Shown piece by piece: positions 19,730 to 30,731 of a DNA stretch of 51,780 nt (the stretch's first letter is position 1; every line of letters begins with the position of its first letter). The DNA lies in the sequence record DRR723986_8715; one strand, given 5' to 3'. The notes under the pieces were generated by a model, which was not told the origin of the DNA, did not search any database, and saw nothing but the letters and a program-made list of their open reading frames with translations. The position numbers and the translations under genes were made by a program.

Positions 19730-20827
19730 TTAAAAGTTTATTACCTCACCGCGTTGTAAGGCACTATCGCTTCCAAGTATAAAAGTACTATTTTTTGATA
19801 AAATTCTATATGTATTTTCATTGGAAGTATTATCACGACTCATATATTCGATGATAGTCTCATAACTAAGATAATTGGCATCTAAAACAAAAAGTGTATT
19901 TTGGTTATCTTGATCTATTAATATTGAATAAGATACTGGCTGCCCTAGTTGGCCTACTAAATTTTCAAATTTTCTATTAGAAACAATAATAGCTTTTGTT
20001 GTTTTTTTATGCGCTTCTGAGGTAGTATTTGGCCATTTTGATGCTAAGAACACTCCGACTTTAACCAGTGCACCTAAAATTGCATTGCTTTTAAAATGCT
20101 TTTGATAAAAGATATTCATAGCTCCATAAAACCGGTCTGCATATAATTTATCTTTTAATGTGCTCTCTCCTTTAAAATGAATAACTGAAGTTTTACCAAA
20201 ATAATAATTAGCATAACCTGCTTTTAAAACTTTATAGGACAAATCAATGTCTTCGCCATACATAAAATAGTCTTCATCAAAACCACCTACCTCGCGGTAA
20301 ACACTTTGTTTTACAAACATAAAAGCACCTACCAAAACATCCGTTTTACCAATATCTTTTGGTGATAGTTTGGTGTTATAATAGTTTTGAGTTAATCCAA
20401 ATATTTTCTGTAAAGCCACTTTGGGTGTTGACACACAACGCTTACTTTCCGGAAGAAAATTACCTGTACCATCAATTAGTTGACAGCCAATTATTCCTAG
20501 ATTTTGAGTTTGATTAGCAAACTCTAAAAGTTTAGTAAAGGTATCTTCTGCTACAACGGTATCAGGATTGAGTATACACAGATAATCACCATTAGCCTGC
20601 TCTACACCGATATTGTTGCCTTTTGAAAATCCAAAATTGTCTTCATTCTCTATTAACTCAACATTTGGAAATAGTTGCTTTACCATTTCACAACTATTGT
20701 CTGTTGAATTATTATCTACTACAATAATCTCAGCATCAATTTCTTTTACCGCCTCAATAACGCTACTAATACAAAGTTGTAAAAAGTGGCTTACGTTATA
20801 ATTGAGAATGACAACCGATAATTGCAA
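19730..20827 (-). CDS. Glycosyltransferase family 2
   Basis: SVVILNYN, VVDNNSTD, LNPDT and GGFDEDYFMYGEDIDL. Confidence 0.9.
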   Translation of the reverse strand: MQLSVVILNYNVSHFLQLCISSVIEAVKEIDAEIIVVDNNSTDNSCEMVKQLFPNVELIENEDNFGFSKGNNIGVEQANGDYLCILNPDTVVAEDTFTKLLEFANQTQNLGIIGCQLIDGTGNFLPESKRCVSTPKVALQKIFGLTQNYYNTKLSPKDIGKTDVLVGAFMFVKQSVYREVGGFDEDYFMYGEDIDLSYKVLKAGYANYYFGKTSVIHFKGESTLKDKLYADRFYGAMNIFYQKHFKSNAILGALVKVGVFLASKWPNTTSEAHKKTTKAIIVSNRKFENLVGQLGQPVSYSILIDQDNQNTLFVLDANYLSYETIIEYMSRDNTSNENTYRILSKNSTFILGSDSALQRGEVINF

Positions 20828-20833
20828 GGTTTG

Positions 20834-21451
20834 TTATGATTTTAATGATGCTTCAAATGGTATTCTATCAATAATACTGCGTCCTAATGTGATTTCGTCT
20901 GTATATTCTAATTCGTTACCTGCAGCAACTCCACGAGCAATTGTAGATGTTGCAACGTCGTAATCTTGAATCTGTCTGAAGATATAAAAGTTTGTTGTAT
21001 CACCTTCCATAGTTGGACTCATAGCAAAAATAAGTTCTTTTACCTGGCCAGTTTTTACTTTTTGAACCAAAGAATTTATATTTAAATCTTGTGGCCCAAT
21101 ACCATCCATAGGAGATATTTTACCACCTAAAACGTGGTATAATCCTTTGAAAGAACTCGTATTTTCAATTGCCATAACATCTCTAATATCTTCAACAACA
21201 CAGATTAATTCCTTATTTCGGTTTGGGTTGGCACAAATTTCACAAAAGACCTGATCACTAATATTATGGCAAGAACTACAAAAATTAATTTCAGCTCTGA
21301 CCTTAGACAAGGCGTTTGATAATTGATATGTTTGATTTTCTGGTTGCCTTAATAAATGTAATACTAATCGTAAGGCTGTGCGTTTACCAATTCCTGGTAA
21401 TTGCGCCATTTCATTGACTGCATTTTCTAAGAGTTTAGACGAAAATTCCAT
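20834..21451 (-). CDS. recR: Recombination mediator RecR
   Basis: [12 protein letters not shown] HhH, C4 zinc finger and TOPRIM domain; start set at MEFSSKLL. Confidence 0.96.
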   Translation of the reverse strand: MEFSSKLLENAVNEMAQLPGIGKRTALRLVLHLLRQPENQTYQLSNALSKVRAEINFCSSCHNISDQVFCEICANPNRNKELICVVEDIRDVMAIENTSSFKGLYHVLGGKISPMDGIGPQDLNINSLVQKVKTGQVKELIFAMSPTMEGDTTNFYIFRQIQDYDVATSTIARGVAAGNELEYTDEITLGRSIIDRIPFEASLKS

Positions 21452-21479
21452 AATTGCGAAGTTACAGATTTTAGAAATA

Positions 21480-21518
21480 AAAAAGCCCAATTATAACTAT
21501 TTTACAATTGGGCTTCTT
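21480..21518 (-). terminator. Intrinsic terminator downstream of the T9SS-secreted gene
   Basis: AAGCCCAATT...AATTGGGCTT inverted repeat followed by a U run on the - strand. Confidence 0.65.
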
Positions 21519-21533
21519 TCTATGTTTTTAGTA

Positions 21534-24521
21534 TTATTTTAAAATCAGTTTTTTGGTAATTTCTCCGTTTGCACTATTTAGTTTCACAAAATACATTCCT
21601 GAACCAAACGCTGATACGTTTATATTTAATCCATTCATTAGATTAACGCTTTTGCTGTAATACATTAGTTTCCCTAAGGTATTGTAGATTCTTACGCTCA
21701 CATCTTCAGGTTTATTCCATTTCATATTTACCTCACTTGATGCAGGGTTTGGATATAACTCTAAATCATTAAACTCAAAATCCGTAACACTCAAGCTTTC
21801 ATCATATACGTTAGATCTCCAAAGTCCTCTTCCATAAGTAGCTGCATAGATTCTATCATCTGCAGTATTTATTTCGAGTTCATTTATTCTTACGTTTGGT
21901 AAACCGTTATTAAAAGGTAACCACGTATCTCCAACAACATTGTCAGTGTAGTATACTCCATAATTCATCCCAACGTAGAGACCGTCCTTACCATTATTCT
22001 GCCATGCTAATGCCTGGGAAGAGAAATTAGGTAAATCCCAACGATTAGATGTCCATGATTGACCACCATCTACACTTACATATACTTTTTGGTTATCTGT
22101 TGTTGCAATAGCAATCTTATCTGGCTTTGTAGGATGAACGGCTATTTCATTAATTCTTCCACCATTTAAATTAAGCGTAGATTGTGTCCATAGTAATCCA
22201 CCAGTTGTAGAATACCAGAAATCACCATTAATAGCAAGGTACATAATATTGTTATTAGATGGTGCCACTTTAAAATAATCAATGTTAGACCCAAAATTCT
22301 GTGAAGCAGCAGTCCAGCTAGTTCCACCATTGGTAGATTTAAAAACCTGATTGTATGCTACATAAACTGTATTAGGCGCAATAGGATCTTGCTCAAAAGG
22401 CACTATCCAGTTCCAGTTACCACTGCCTGCAGGATTTGACAAACCAAATCTACTTGCGCCACCATTTGTTGATTTATTCAGACTACCAAATTGTACCGTA
22501 CCATATAATATTTGAGAATTATTCTTATCAACAAAACCTTCCATTCCATCAGCACCTAACCAATCTGTCCAGTTGCCATCGCTTCCTAAAACAGAGGTTC
22601 CATTATCTTGTGATCCACCAGTTACAATTACAGGATCTGTTTGGCTAACACCAATTCTGTAGAATTGTCTAATTCCCATGCCAGCTGTTAAGTCTGTATA
22701 ATAATTTGTATTAACGTTGGTAGGATTATCAGCTCTAAAAATTCCGCCATCTGTACCAACATAGAGTTTAGCATTAGTACCAGTACCAACAAACTCCATA
22801 ATATCTACATCTGCGTGACAATAGCCAATGTTTTGACCTGCGGCACTACCTGGTGTCCATTGGGACGTAATACCAAAAGTTAATCCACCATTGGTTGATC
22901 TCCAAGTATTAACTCCTGCAATATGTACGTCGTTTACGTTATTAGGATGCACAGTAATATCCATATCTCTAGGCGCCTGACCACTACTGTCTAAACCATT
23001 AGAATCGTAACCAAAATAATTTGTGTTTCCGTGATTTATTTTTGTAAAATTAGCTCCACTATCTGTAGACTTATGGAATCCACCAAAAAGACTTCCGGCA
23101 GCTTCTAACACATATACTACAGAAGGATCATCCGCAGAAACACCTATCATTTTTGGTCCAGATGCAAACTCATTTGGAGCAGACTCAAATCCATCTGAAA
23201 ATACCACTCCTAAATTATTAGCTTCGACCGAAACATCATCAATTGTAACTCCTCTTCCATAATTTGCTGTGCCTTCAAAAGCGATATAATAATCTCCAGA
23301 AACATTAGGTAGACTCAGTGTAACATCTGTCCATATAGTAGCTTCAGAAGTGAAATTTGCTAATTCAATCCAATTTCCACCAGCAGAGTTTTTATATAAA
23401 ACTCTAACTTCGTCTTGATCACCTACCCAATTCACTTGTGTATATGAAAATTTTAACTCTGGATTAATTGCACCTGTTAAATTCATCGCAGGAGAAATTA
23501 ATCGTGTTACTGGTGATGAGAAATTACCAATATAAAAGAATGCCATGGCATTACCAGTTTTCGGTACAACTGTAGAATTTTCATTTGAACCAGAAGTAGT
23601 CCAATTAGTAGTACCTGACACAAATTCTTGCGACCATGCGCCTAAACCATCACTTGTATTAAACGTATTTCCGCCATCAGTTGAAATAAAGAACTGTTCA
23701 CCTGAAGCATAAATAGTATTTGGATCTCCTGGTTTAAACTCTACGTCATATCCTGTTGTAGCACTTCCATTTATTAAAGACCAATTTGCACCACCATCTG
23801 TAGACTTATACAACCCTCCACCTTGAGCACTACAATACATTTTTGATGTGTCTGTTGGGTGAATTAAAATTTTATTTACAGTTCCTCCACCAGATAAGTC
23901 GCCATGTAAAGTCCACGTTGCTCCACTATCTGAGGATTTAAAAATTGAACCTCCTGTAGAACCCCAATAATATGTTTGACTATTTAATGGATCAATGGCT
24001 AAGGCATACACATCAATGTTAGCAAGATTATCTGTTAAAACAGACCAAGTAGAACCACCATCTAAACTTTTCCATACTCCACCAGTATTAGCACCAGCAA
24101 TAATATGATTTAAATTATTTTGATCTACAGCAAAGGATGTAATACGGCCTACTCCTGGATTCCAACCTGCTGTTGCATTCCAATAAGTTGGTCCCATATC
24201 CTCCCATGTACCAACAACTGTTCTAGCGGCAAGACCTTCATCATTGATTCTAGCATTATAGTTTTGTAATTCGTTGTAATAAAACTCAGGAGATTTTAAT
24301 TTCCCGGTTTCATCCATAGCACGTTCTGCAAAATATTGCCATCTTCTAAATGGTTTATATCCAGTTCCTCGTCCTCTACCAACAGTATCAAAATGTCTTT
24401 CAGCTATTTCTACAATATATTCAACGGTATGAGTTCCTTCAGCTATCAGATCATGATAGTTTTGAGAATAGGTGAAAGAAGCAAACATTAAAAATGCAGA
24501 CAAAAGGGCAATCTTTTTCAT
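21534..24521 (-). CDS. T9SS-secreted BNR/Asp-box (VPS10-like) beta-propeller protein with an inserted beta-sandwich domain
   Basis: Signal peptide, about 10 SxDGGxTW-like Asp boxes and a type A CTD (LYPNPAS...IYNTLGK...GMYFVKL...KKLILK). Confidence 0.88.
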   Translation of the reverse strand: MKKIALLSAFLMFASFTYSQNYHDLIAEGTHTVEYIVEIAERHFDTVGRGRGTGYKPFRRWQYFAERAMDETGKLKSPEFYYNELQNYNARINDEGLAARTVVGTWEDMGPTYWNATAGWNPGVGRITSFAVDQNNLNHIIAGANTGGVWKSLDGGSTWSVLTDNLANIDVYALAIDPLNSQTYYWGSTGGSIFKSSDSGATWTLHGDLSGGGTVNKILIHPTDTSKMYCSAQGGGLYKSTDGGANWSLINGSATTGYDVEFKPGDPNTIYASGEQFFISTDGGNTFNTSDGLGAWSQEFVSGTTNWTTSGSNENSTVVPKTGNAMAFFYIGNFSSPVTRLISPAMNLTGAINPELKFSYTQVNWVGDQDEVRVLYKNSAGGNWIELANFTSEATIWTDVTLSLPNVSGDYYIAFEGTANYGRGVTIDDVSVEANNLGVVFSDGFESAPNEFASGPKMIGVSADDPSVVYVLEAAGSLFGGFHKSTDSGANFTKINHGNTNYFGYDSNGLDSSGQAPRDMDITVHPNNVNDVHIAGVNTWRSTNGGLTFGITSQWTPGSAAGQNIGYCHADVDIMEFVGTGTNAKLYVGTDGGIFRADNPTNVNTNYYTDLTAGMGIRQFYRIGVSQTDPVIVTGGSQDNGTSVLGSDGNWTDWLGADGMEGFVDKNNSQILYGTVQFGSLNKSTNGGASRFGLSNPAGSGNWNWIVPFEQDPIAPNTVYVAYNQVFKSTNGGTSWTAASQNFGSNIDYFKVAPSNNNIMYLAINGDFWYSTTGGLLWTQSTLNLNGGRINEIAVHPTKPDKIAIATTDNQKVYVSVDGGQSWTSNRWDLPNFSSQALAWQNNGKDGLYVGMNYGVYYTDNVVGDTWLPFNNGLPNVRINELEINTADDRIYAATYGRGLWRSNVYDESLSVTDFEFNDLELYPNPASSEVNMKWNKPEDVSVRIYNTLGKLMYYSKSVNLMNGLNINVSAFGSGMYFVKLNSANGEITKKLILK

Positions 24522-24599
24522 AAATAAGTTTTTTTTAAGTAGCTTTTTTTTCCAAAAGTACTATTTTTCATAAAATTTTCTAAACATAGGCATCTATTT

Positions 24600-26045
24600 A
24601 TGACACCAACATCTATTCTAATTTTAATAGTTTGCTACTTTTCGATACTAGTTGTTATCTCATATTTTACAGGAAAAGAAGATTCAAACGCTGCTTTTTT
24701 TAAAGCTAACAAATCAGCACCATGGTACCTTGTAGCTTTCGGAATGATTGGCGCCTCACTCTCTGGTGTTACCTTTATTTCTGTTCCTGGTGCCGTAGAG
24801 ACTAAGCAATTTGGTTACATGCAGGTAGTTTTTGGCTATTTTTTTGGATACCTAATAATTGCATACGTACTTCTACCCTTGTATTATAGATTAAACCTAA
24901 CCTCCATATATACCTATTTAAGAGACCGTTTTGGTAATGTGAGTTATAAAACGGGTTCTGTAGCATTTTTAATCTCTAGAACTGTTGGTGCGTCTTTTAG
25001 ATTGTTTTTAGTTGCAAAAGTATTGCAGTTGTTAGTGTTTGATCTTTATGATATTCCTTTTACCATAACTGTAATAATTACTATTGCACTAATATGGTTA
25101 TATACGTTTAAAGGAGGTATTAAAACCATCATTTTTACAGACACCTTACAAACTCTATTTATGCTGATATCTGTAGTTGTAACAATACTATTTTTAGCCT
25201 CGGCTTTAGGCTTGGATAGCGTATCGGATATTATCACAAATGCAAAAGAAAGCAAATTAAGTAAGGTCTTCTTTTTTGGTGACACTAACGATGCTCAATA
25301 TTTCTGGAAAAGTTTTTTATCTGGAATATTCATTACTATTACCATGACAGGTTTAGACCAAGATATGATGCAAAAAAACTTAACCTGTAAAAATTTAAAG
25401 GATGCTCAAAAAAATATGGTGACATTTAGTGTCATTTTAATTTTTGTAAACATTCTCTTTTTGGTACTTGGATTAATGTTAACCCAATATGCCGAAGCGC
25501 ATAATATAACTGCGACTAAAGACGATTTATTTCCAACTATTGCTATGCTACCAGAAATTGGGATAGTAATATCATCATTCTTTTTACTTGGATTAATAGC
25601 AGCCGCCTACTCAAGCGCAGATTCTGCATTAACCTCTTTGACTACCTCATTTTGCATAGATATTATAGGTATTGAAAACAAGCCAGAACAAGAACGCAAG
25701 CGCATTAGAAAGCAGATACATGTCGCTTTTAGTATTGTTTTAGTTATTGTAATTGTATTGTTTGATCTTATTTTTAAAGATGTTTCTGTAATCTGGGAAC
25801 TTTTCAAAGCCGCAGGTTACACCTATGGTCCATTATTGGGATTATTCGCTTTTGGTTTACTTACTAAATCTCAAATTAGAGACAGGTATGTATGGATTAT
25901 CGCAATTATCGCACCTATATTATCTTATATATTAAATCTATATTCTAAAGACCTTTTTGGTGGATATGAAATCGGATTTGAAATTCTAATTATAAATGGT
26001 TTAATCACTTTCTTAGGGTTACTTTTTATAAGGAAAAAGCAATAA
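24600..26045 (+). CDS. Sodium:solute symporter family transporter
   Basis: Multi-TM protein with GMIGASLSGVTFISVPG, GLDQDMMQK and AAAYSSADSAL. Confidence 0.92.
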   Translation: MTPTSILILIVCYFSILVVISYFTGKEDSNAAFFKANKSAPWYLVAFGMIGASLSGVTFISVPGAVETKQFGYMQVVFGYFFGYLIIAYVLLPLYYRLNLTSIYTYLRDRFGNVSYKTGSVAFLISRTVGASFRLFLVAKVLQLLVFDLYDIPFTITVIITIALIWLYTFKGGIKTIIFTDTLQTLFMLISVVVTILFLASALGLDSVSDIITNAKESKLSKVFFFGDTNDAQYFWKSFLSGIFITITMTGLDQDMMQKNLTCKNLKDAQKNMVTFSVILIFVNILFLVLGLMLTQYAEAHNITATKDDLFPTIAMLPEIGIVISSFFLLGLIAAAYSSADSALTSLTTSFCIDIIGIENKPEQERKRIRKQIHVAFSIVLVIVIVLFDLIFKDVSVIWELFKAAGYTYGPLLGLFAFGLLTKSQIRDRYVWIIAIIAPILSYILNLYSKDLFGGYEIGFEILIINGLITFLGLLFIRKKQ

Positions 26046-26142
26046 TTACGACTTTGAATTATAAGAGTCAAACTGAGTGTATTTAGGTAATCTAACTGCA
26101 AATATTTAGTATATTTGCTACACATCATTTATCATAATATTC

Positions 26143-29100
26143 ATGAAAAAATTAGGTCTATTATTAGCTGTATTAATTTTTAGTTTTGGATGTTCAGAAG
26201 ATCCCAAAATAACAAGTGATGAAAGTACTTATCTACTATCTAAAGTCTCTGAATCTGAATCAGGAATAGATTTTGTAAATCTTGTTTCTGAAGATCCACA
26301 ACATAGCATCATTAACTATATCTATTATTATAATGGTGGTGGAGTTGCGTCAGGCGACATTAATAATGATAATTTACCAGATTTATTTTTTGTTTCTAAT
26401 ATGGGAGAGAATAAATTATACCTTAATAAGGGTAATTTAAAGTTTGAAGATGTTTCTGAAAAAGCAAATATAAAAGGCAATGCGAGTTGGCAAACAGGAG
26501 CTACAATGATTGACATCAACAATGACGGTTTTCTAGATATTTATATTTGTGCTGTCTCTGGTCTATTAGACTTTGAAGGCCATAATGAATTATACATTAA
26601 TAATGGAGACGGTACGTTTACAGAACGTGCTAAAGAATTTGGATTAGATTTTACTGGCTACTCTACTCAAGCGTACTTTTTTGACTACGACAAAGATGAT
26701 GACTTAGACGTTTACATTGTAAACCACGCGGTACATACAACGCTTTCACATGGCAGAGCTGAGCTTCGTAATAAACGTGCTCCTTTGGTAGGTGATGTTT
26801 TATTAAATAACGACAACGGAAAATTTACTGACGTCAGTGAAACAGCAAATATTTTTGGAGGTGTCAATGGTTATGGCCTAAGTGCTACCGTTGCAGATTT
26901 TAATAATGATGGTTGGGATGATATCTATGTTTGTAATGATTTTCATGAAGATGACTATTATTACCTCAATAACCAGGATGGAACTTTTACTGAAAGCCTT
27001 GGTGACGCCTTTACGACGATTAGTCGATTCTCAATGGGTAGTGATGCCGCAGATATTAATGGTGATGGGTATCAGGATTTAATGACGTTAGATATGCTTC
27101 CTAAAGACGAACGCATCTTAAAAGAAACAGAAGGAGATGATGCTATGTTCAATATGCAAGTGCACTTAACAAATTTGGGATATAAGGATCAGTATTCTAG
27201 GAACATGCTTCAGATTAACAATTCTGGTGACTTTTTTCAGGAAACGGCATTGTATAATGAAGTGGCTGACACTGACTGGAGTTGGGCACCATTATTTGCA
27301 GATTATAATAATGACGGACATCAAGATTTATTTATTTCTAACGGAATATTAAGACGGCCTAATGGTTTAGATTTTAAAAAATATGTCTCTAGTGCTTTTA
27401 AAGGCAGAACCGAAAGCGAAGGGCTAGAATGGCTATTCAATTCAATCAGTGAAATGACTAGTGGAGCTGTAACTAATGAAATTTTTGAAGGGAATTCAAA
27501 AAAATTCAATTCTAGAACTGGCGAATGGATTGAAAACAAACCAAGCCATTCTAATGGTGCTATTTATATTGATTTAGATCTCGATGGTGATTTAGATATA
27601 GTAACAAACAATTTTAATGAAACGGCTAGCATTTACAAAAACACAACAGATAACAGTAAAAACTTCATTGCTTTAGATTTTGTATATAAAGGTGCAAACA
27701 AAGAAGGCATCGGAACCAAAGCTGTTGTATACAATGATGGAAATAAACAATTAAAGCAACTCTATAAATCCAGAGGGTTTTTATCTTCATTAGAAAGTAA
27801 GCTTCATTTTGGTTTGGGAAACTCAGAAACTGTTGATTCGATTAAAATTATTTGGCCAAATGATGAATATCAGGTTCTTCAAGGCATAGATATTAATCAA
27901 TCGCTAAAATTAGCGTATGCACCTACTGAACAATTCCACGACTATAAAAGATCATTAGATAATGTGAAATTTAAAAAGGAACAACTGATTAGTTACGCAA
28001 ACAAGGAGGATAACTACAATGATTTTGTAGAAGAAAAATTAATTCCTTATAAAATCTCTATGCAAGGACCAGCAATGGCAGTTGGCGATATAGACAATAA
28101 TGGATTTGATGATATCTATGTTGGTAATTCTTCAGGACAATCGGCAGCATTGTATATGAATTCTGGTTTAAAATTCACAGCATCTCGACAAACCAATTTT
28201 GAAGAAGATAAAGCCTATGAAGATAATGATGCCGTTTTCTTTGATGCCGATGGTGATGGCGACTTAGATTTATATGTAGCCTCAGGTATTACAGAATCAA
28301 AAGTTGAAATATTTCAAAATGATCGGTTATACCTTAATACAAATGGTAAATACGAAAAAACTGAAGGGAATATTCCTAATAATATAATGGTAACTGCTAC
28401 CGTAAGTGCCTATGATTATGATGGTGACGGCGATACAGATTTGTTTATTGGTAATTTGGCAAATCCTAAAAACTTTGGTAAAAACGTTATGTCTTACCTT
28501 CTAATTAATGATGGGACAGGTAAGTTTTCTATTAACACTAACTTTGAGCTATCTTCTAAAGTAACAGATTCAGATTGGAGAGATATAAATAGTGATGGTG
28601 TAAAAGATCTTTTAGTTGCTACTGAATGGGATGCTCCAAAGGTTTACATTAACACTAACGGAATTTTACAATTATTAGACTTACCAGAAAATATGAATGG
28701 TTTATGGCAATCAATTTCTACGTTTGACATAGACAATGATGGCGATGAAGATATACTTCTGGGAAATTGGGGACTTAACACTAAATTTAATTTAAATTTT
28801 GATGGTCCTCTCGTTATGTACCATTCAGATTTTGATGAAAATGGTGTCAACGAAACTCTAATTGCGTATAACAAGGATGGCAAGTATTATCCATTAAATT
28901 CTAAGGATGAATTAGCTGCTCAGATGAATGTGATCAATAAAATCTATTTAGATCATAAATCATACGCTGGTAAAACTATTGAAGAAGCAATTACCAAAGG
29001 GTCTTTAGACTTAGCAGAAAAATTTAAAGCTCATAAATTGGCTTCAGGATATTTAAAAAATGACAATGGTACATTTAAAGTGTTTATTGATTTTGAGGCC

Positions 29101-29391
29101 GCTTTTCAACTTGCACCTATAACTACATTCTCACCATTGATTTCGGGTAATGATAGTCAATTACTAATTGGAGGAAATTCTTATAAGGTCAACACTTATC
29201 ATGGCTCTTATACCGCACAAAAAGGACTTTTGGTTAATGATGCATCAAACTATACCTCTGTTGCAACTTTAGGTATGGATCCTTTTAATGGGCAGGTAAA
29301 GCAAATTGAAACCATTAAAATGAAGGATAAGCTTATTATATGTGTACTATCAAACAATGATGAGCTGAAAATATACTCACTTCAAGATTAA
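26143..29391 (+). CDS. VCBS/FG-GAP repeat, CRTAC1/ASPIC-UnbV family lipoprotein
   Basis: Lipobox SFGC, many DxDxDGxxD Ca-binding repeats and an ASPIC-like SRGFLSS...LHFGLG...IIWP segment; TATATTTG promoter at 26110-26117. Confidence 0.88.
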   Translation: MKKLGLLLAVLIFSFGCSEDPKITSDESTYLLSKVSESESGIDFVNLVSEDPQHSIINYIYYYNGGGVASGDINNDNLPDLFFVSNMGENKLYLNKGNLKFEDVSEKANIKGNASWQTGATMIDINNDGFLDIYICAVSGLLDFEGHNELYINNGDGTFTERAKEFGLDFTGYSTQAYFFDYDKDDDLDVYIVNHAVHTTLSHGRAELRNKRAPLVGDVLLNNDNGKFTDVSETANIFGGVNGYGLSATVADFNNDGWDDIYVCNDFHEDDYYYLNNQDGTFTESLGDAFTTISRFSMGSDAADINGDGYQDLMTLDMLPKDERILKETEGDDAMFNMQVHLTNLGYKDQYSRNMLQINNSGDFFQETALYNEVADTDWSWAPLFADYNNDGHQDLFISNGILRRPNGLDFKKYVSSAFKGRTESEGLEWLFNSISEMTSGAVTNEIFEGNSKKFNSRTGEWIENKPSHSNGAIYIDLDLDGDLDIVTNNFNETASIYKNTTDNSKNFIALDFVYKGANKEGIGTKAVVYNDGNKQLKQLYKSRGFLSSLESKLHFGLGNSETVDSIKIIWPNDEYQVLQGIDINQSLKLAYAPTEQFHDYKRSLDNVKFKKEQLISYANKEDNYNDFVEEKLIPYKISMQGPAMAVGDIDNNGFDDIYVGNSSGQSAALYMNSGLKFTASRQTNFEEDKAYEDNDAVFFDADGDGDLDLYVASGITESKVEIFQNDRLYLNTNGKYEKTEGNIPNNIMVTATVSAYDYDGDGDTDLFIGNLANPKNFGKNVMSYLLINDGTGKFSINTNFELSSKVTDSDWRDINSDGVKDLLVATEWDAPKVYINTNGILQLLDLPENMNGLWQSISTFDIDNDGDEDILLGNWGLNTKFNLNFDGPLVMYHSDFDENGVNETLIAYNKDGKYYPLNSKDELAAQMNVINKIYLDHKSYAGKTIEEAITKGSLDLAEKFKAHKLASGYLKNDNGTFKVFIDFEAAFQLAPITTFSPLISGNDSQLLIGGNSYKVNTYHGSYTAQKGLLVNDASNYTSVATLGMDPFNGQVKQIETIKMKDKLIICVLSNNDELKIYSLQD

Positions 29392-29394
29392 TTT

Positions 29395-30726
29395 ATGAAG
29401 CTAAAACAATTCATATTATTTATTTGTCTAGGAAGCATGTTATTGACATGTAAGGATGTAGTAAAACCTATTTCTATTGGTACAGATGACTATCATAACG
29501 CTGTAGATAAGCTAACTGAAGTTATGATACATGATATCTTTTCACCACCTGTAGCCAGTAGATTATATGTGTATCCTAATATAGCGTCATACGAAGTACT
29601 CAATCAAAATAGTGAAACCTATAACTCATTAACTAATCAGCTAAATGGTTTAAGTGTGTTACAATCGAGTACTAAAGACAATACTTCCAATTTAAAGTTA
29701 GCTTCTGTTATTGCGTATTTAGATGTGGCCAAGGAACTCGTCTTTTCTAAAGAACGTATTGAAACATATAGAGACAGTTTATACACAAATTGGAGAGCTA
29801 TTAATGCCGAAGAATTTTACAATGCTAAAACCTATGGTCTTGAAATCTCTGCACAGATCATTACCTGGATGAAGGCAGACAATTACGACAAAACACGTAA
29901 TATGCCAGATTACAATATTTATACTGATGACGAGTGGCGTTGGGAACCTACTCCACCTGCTTACATGAAAGGTATTGAGCCAAATTGGAATAAATTACGA
30001 CCTTTTGTTTTAGACTCTGCTGCTCAGTTTAAACCAATTCCACCACCAGAATTTTCATTAGAAGAAGGTACTCAGTTTCACAAGGAACTAATGGATGTCT
30101 TTAACTTAAATAATACAATTAGAGCAAAAGGAGATGACTCTGAAGAAATAGAAATTGCGAGATTTTGGGACTGTAACCCATTTGTTTCTGTTAATAAAGG
30201 ACACTTTATGTTTGCTGAAAAGAAGATTACGCCGGGTGCGCATTGGATTGGTATCTGTAAAATAGCCACAAAACAATCTAATTCAGATTTTGAAAAAACA
30301 GTTTTTGCCTACACTAAAACATCTATTGCTATTGCAGATGCATTTATAAGTTGTTGGGATGAAAAATACCGCAGTAATTTGGTAAGACCAGAAACACTTA
30401 TAAATAAACATATAGATTTAGAATGGGCTCCTATTCTTCAAACTCCACCTTTCCCAGAATATACCAGTGGACACTCTGTAGTTTCTGGAGCATCATCAGA
30501 AGTGTTAACCGAAATTTTTGGTGATAATTTTGCTTTTGACGACACCACAGAATTACCATACGGATTACCAATGCGAAGCTTTAAATCTTTTAGACTAGCA
30601 GCACAAGAAGCTGCAGTTAGTAGACTTTACGGCGGTATCCACTATAAAGCTGCCGTAGAAGTTGGTGTTGACCAAGGCGTCTTGGTGGGACAATTAGTAA
30701 ATTCTAAAATTTCGTTTTTAAAGTAA
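29395..30726 (+). CDS. Vanadium-dependent haloperoxidase (PAP2 superfamily), probable lipoprotein
   Basis: WDEKYRSNLVRP, PPFPEYTSGHS and SRLYGGIHY vanadate-binding motifs; signal ending in LLTC. Confidence 0.85.
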   Translation: MKLKQFILFICLGSMLLTCKDVVKPISIGTDDYHNAVDKLTEVMIHDIFSPPVASRLYVYPNIASYEVLNQNSETYNSLTNQLNGLSVLQSSTKDNTSNLKLASVIAYLDVAKELVFSKERIETYRDSLYTNWRAINAEEFYNAKTYGLEISAQIITWMKADNYDKTRNMPDYNIYTDDEWRWEPTPPAYMKGIEPNWNKLRPFVLDSAAQFKPIPPPEFSLEEGTQFHKELMDVFNLNNTIRAKGDDSEEIEIARFWDCNPFVSVNKGHFMFAEKKITPGAHWIGICKIATKQSNSDFEKTVFAYTKTSIAIADAFISCWDEKYRSNLVRPETLINKHIDLEWAPILQTPPFPEYTSGHSVVSGASSEVLTEIFGDNFAFDDTTELPYGLPMRSFKSFRLAAQEAAVSRLYGGIHYKAAVEVGVDQGVLVGQLVNSKISFLK

Positions 30727-30731
30727 GTTAG

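Noticed and set aside
26300-28900. Recurring GAT/GGT-rich nucleotide repeats
   Set aside because: They encode the DxDxDG protein repeats and are not a DNA repeat array or CRISPR.
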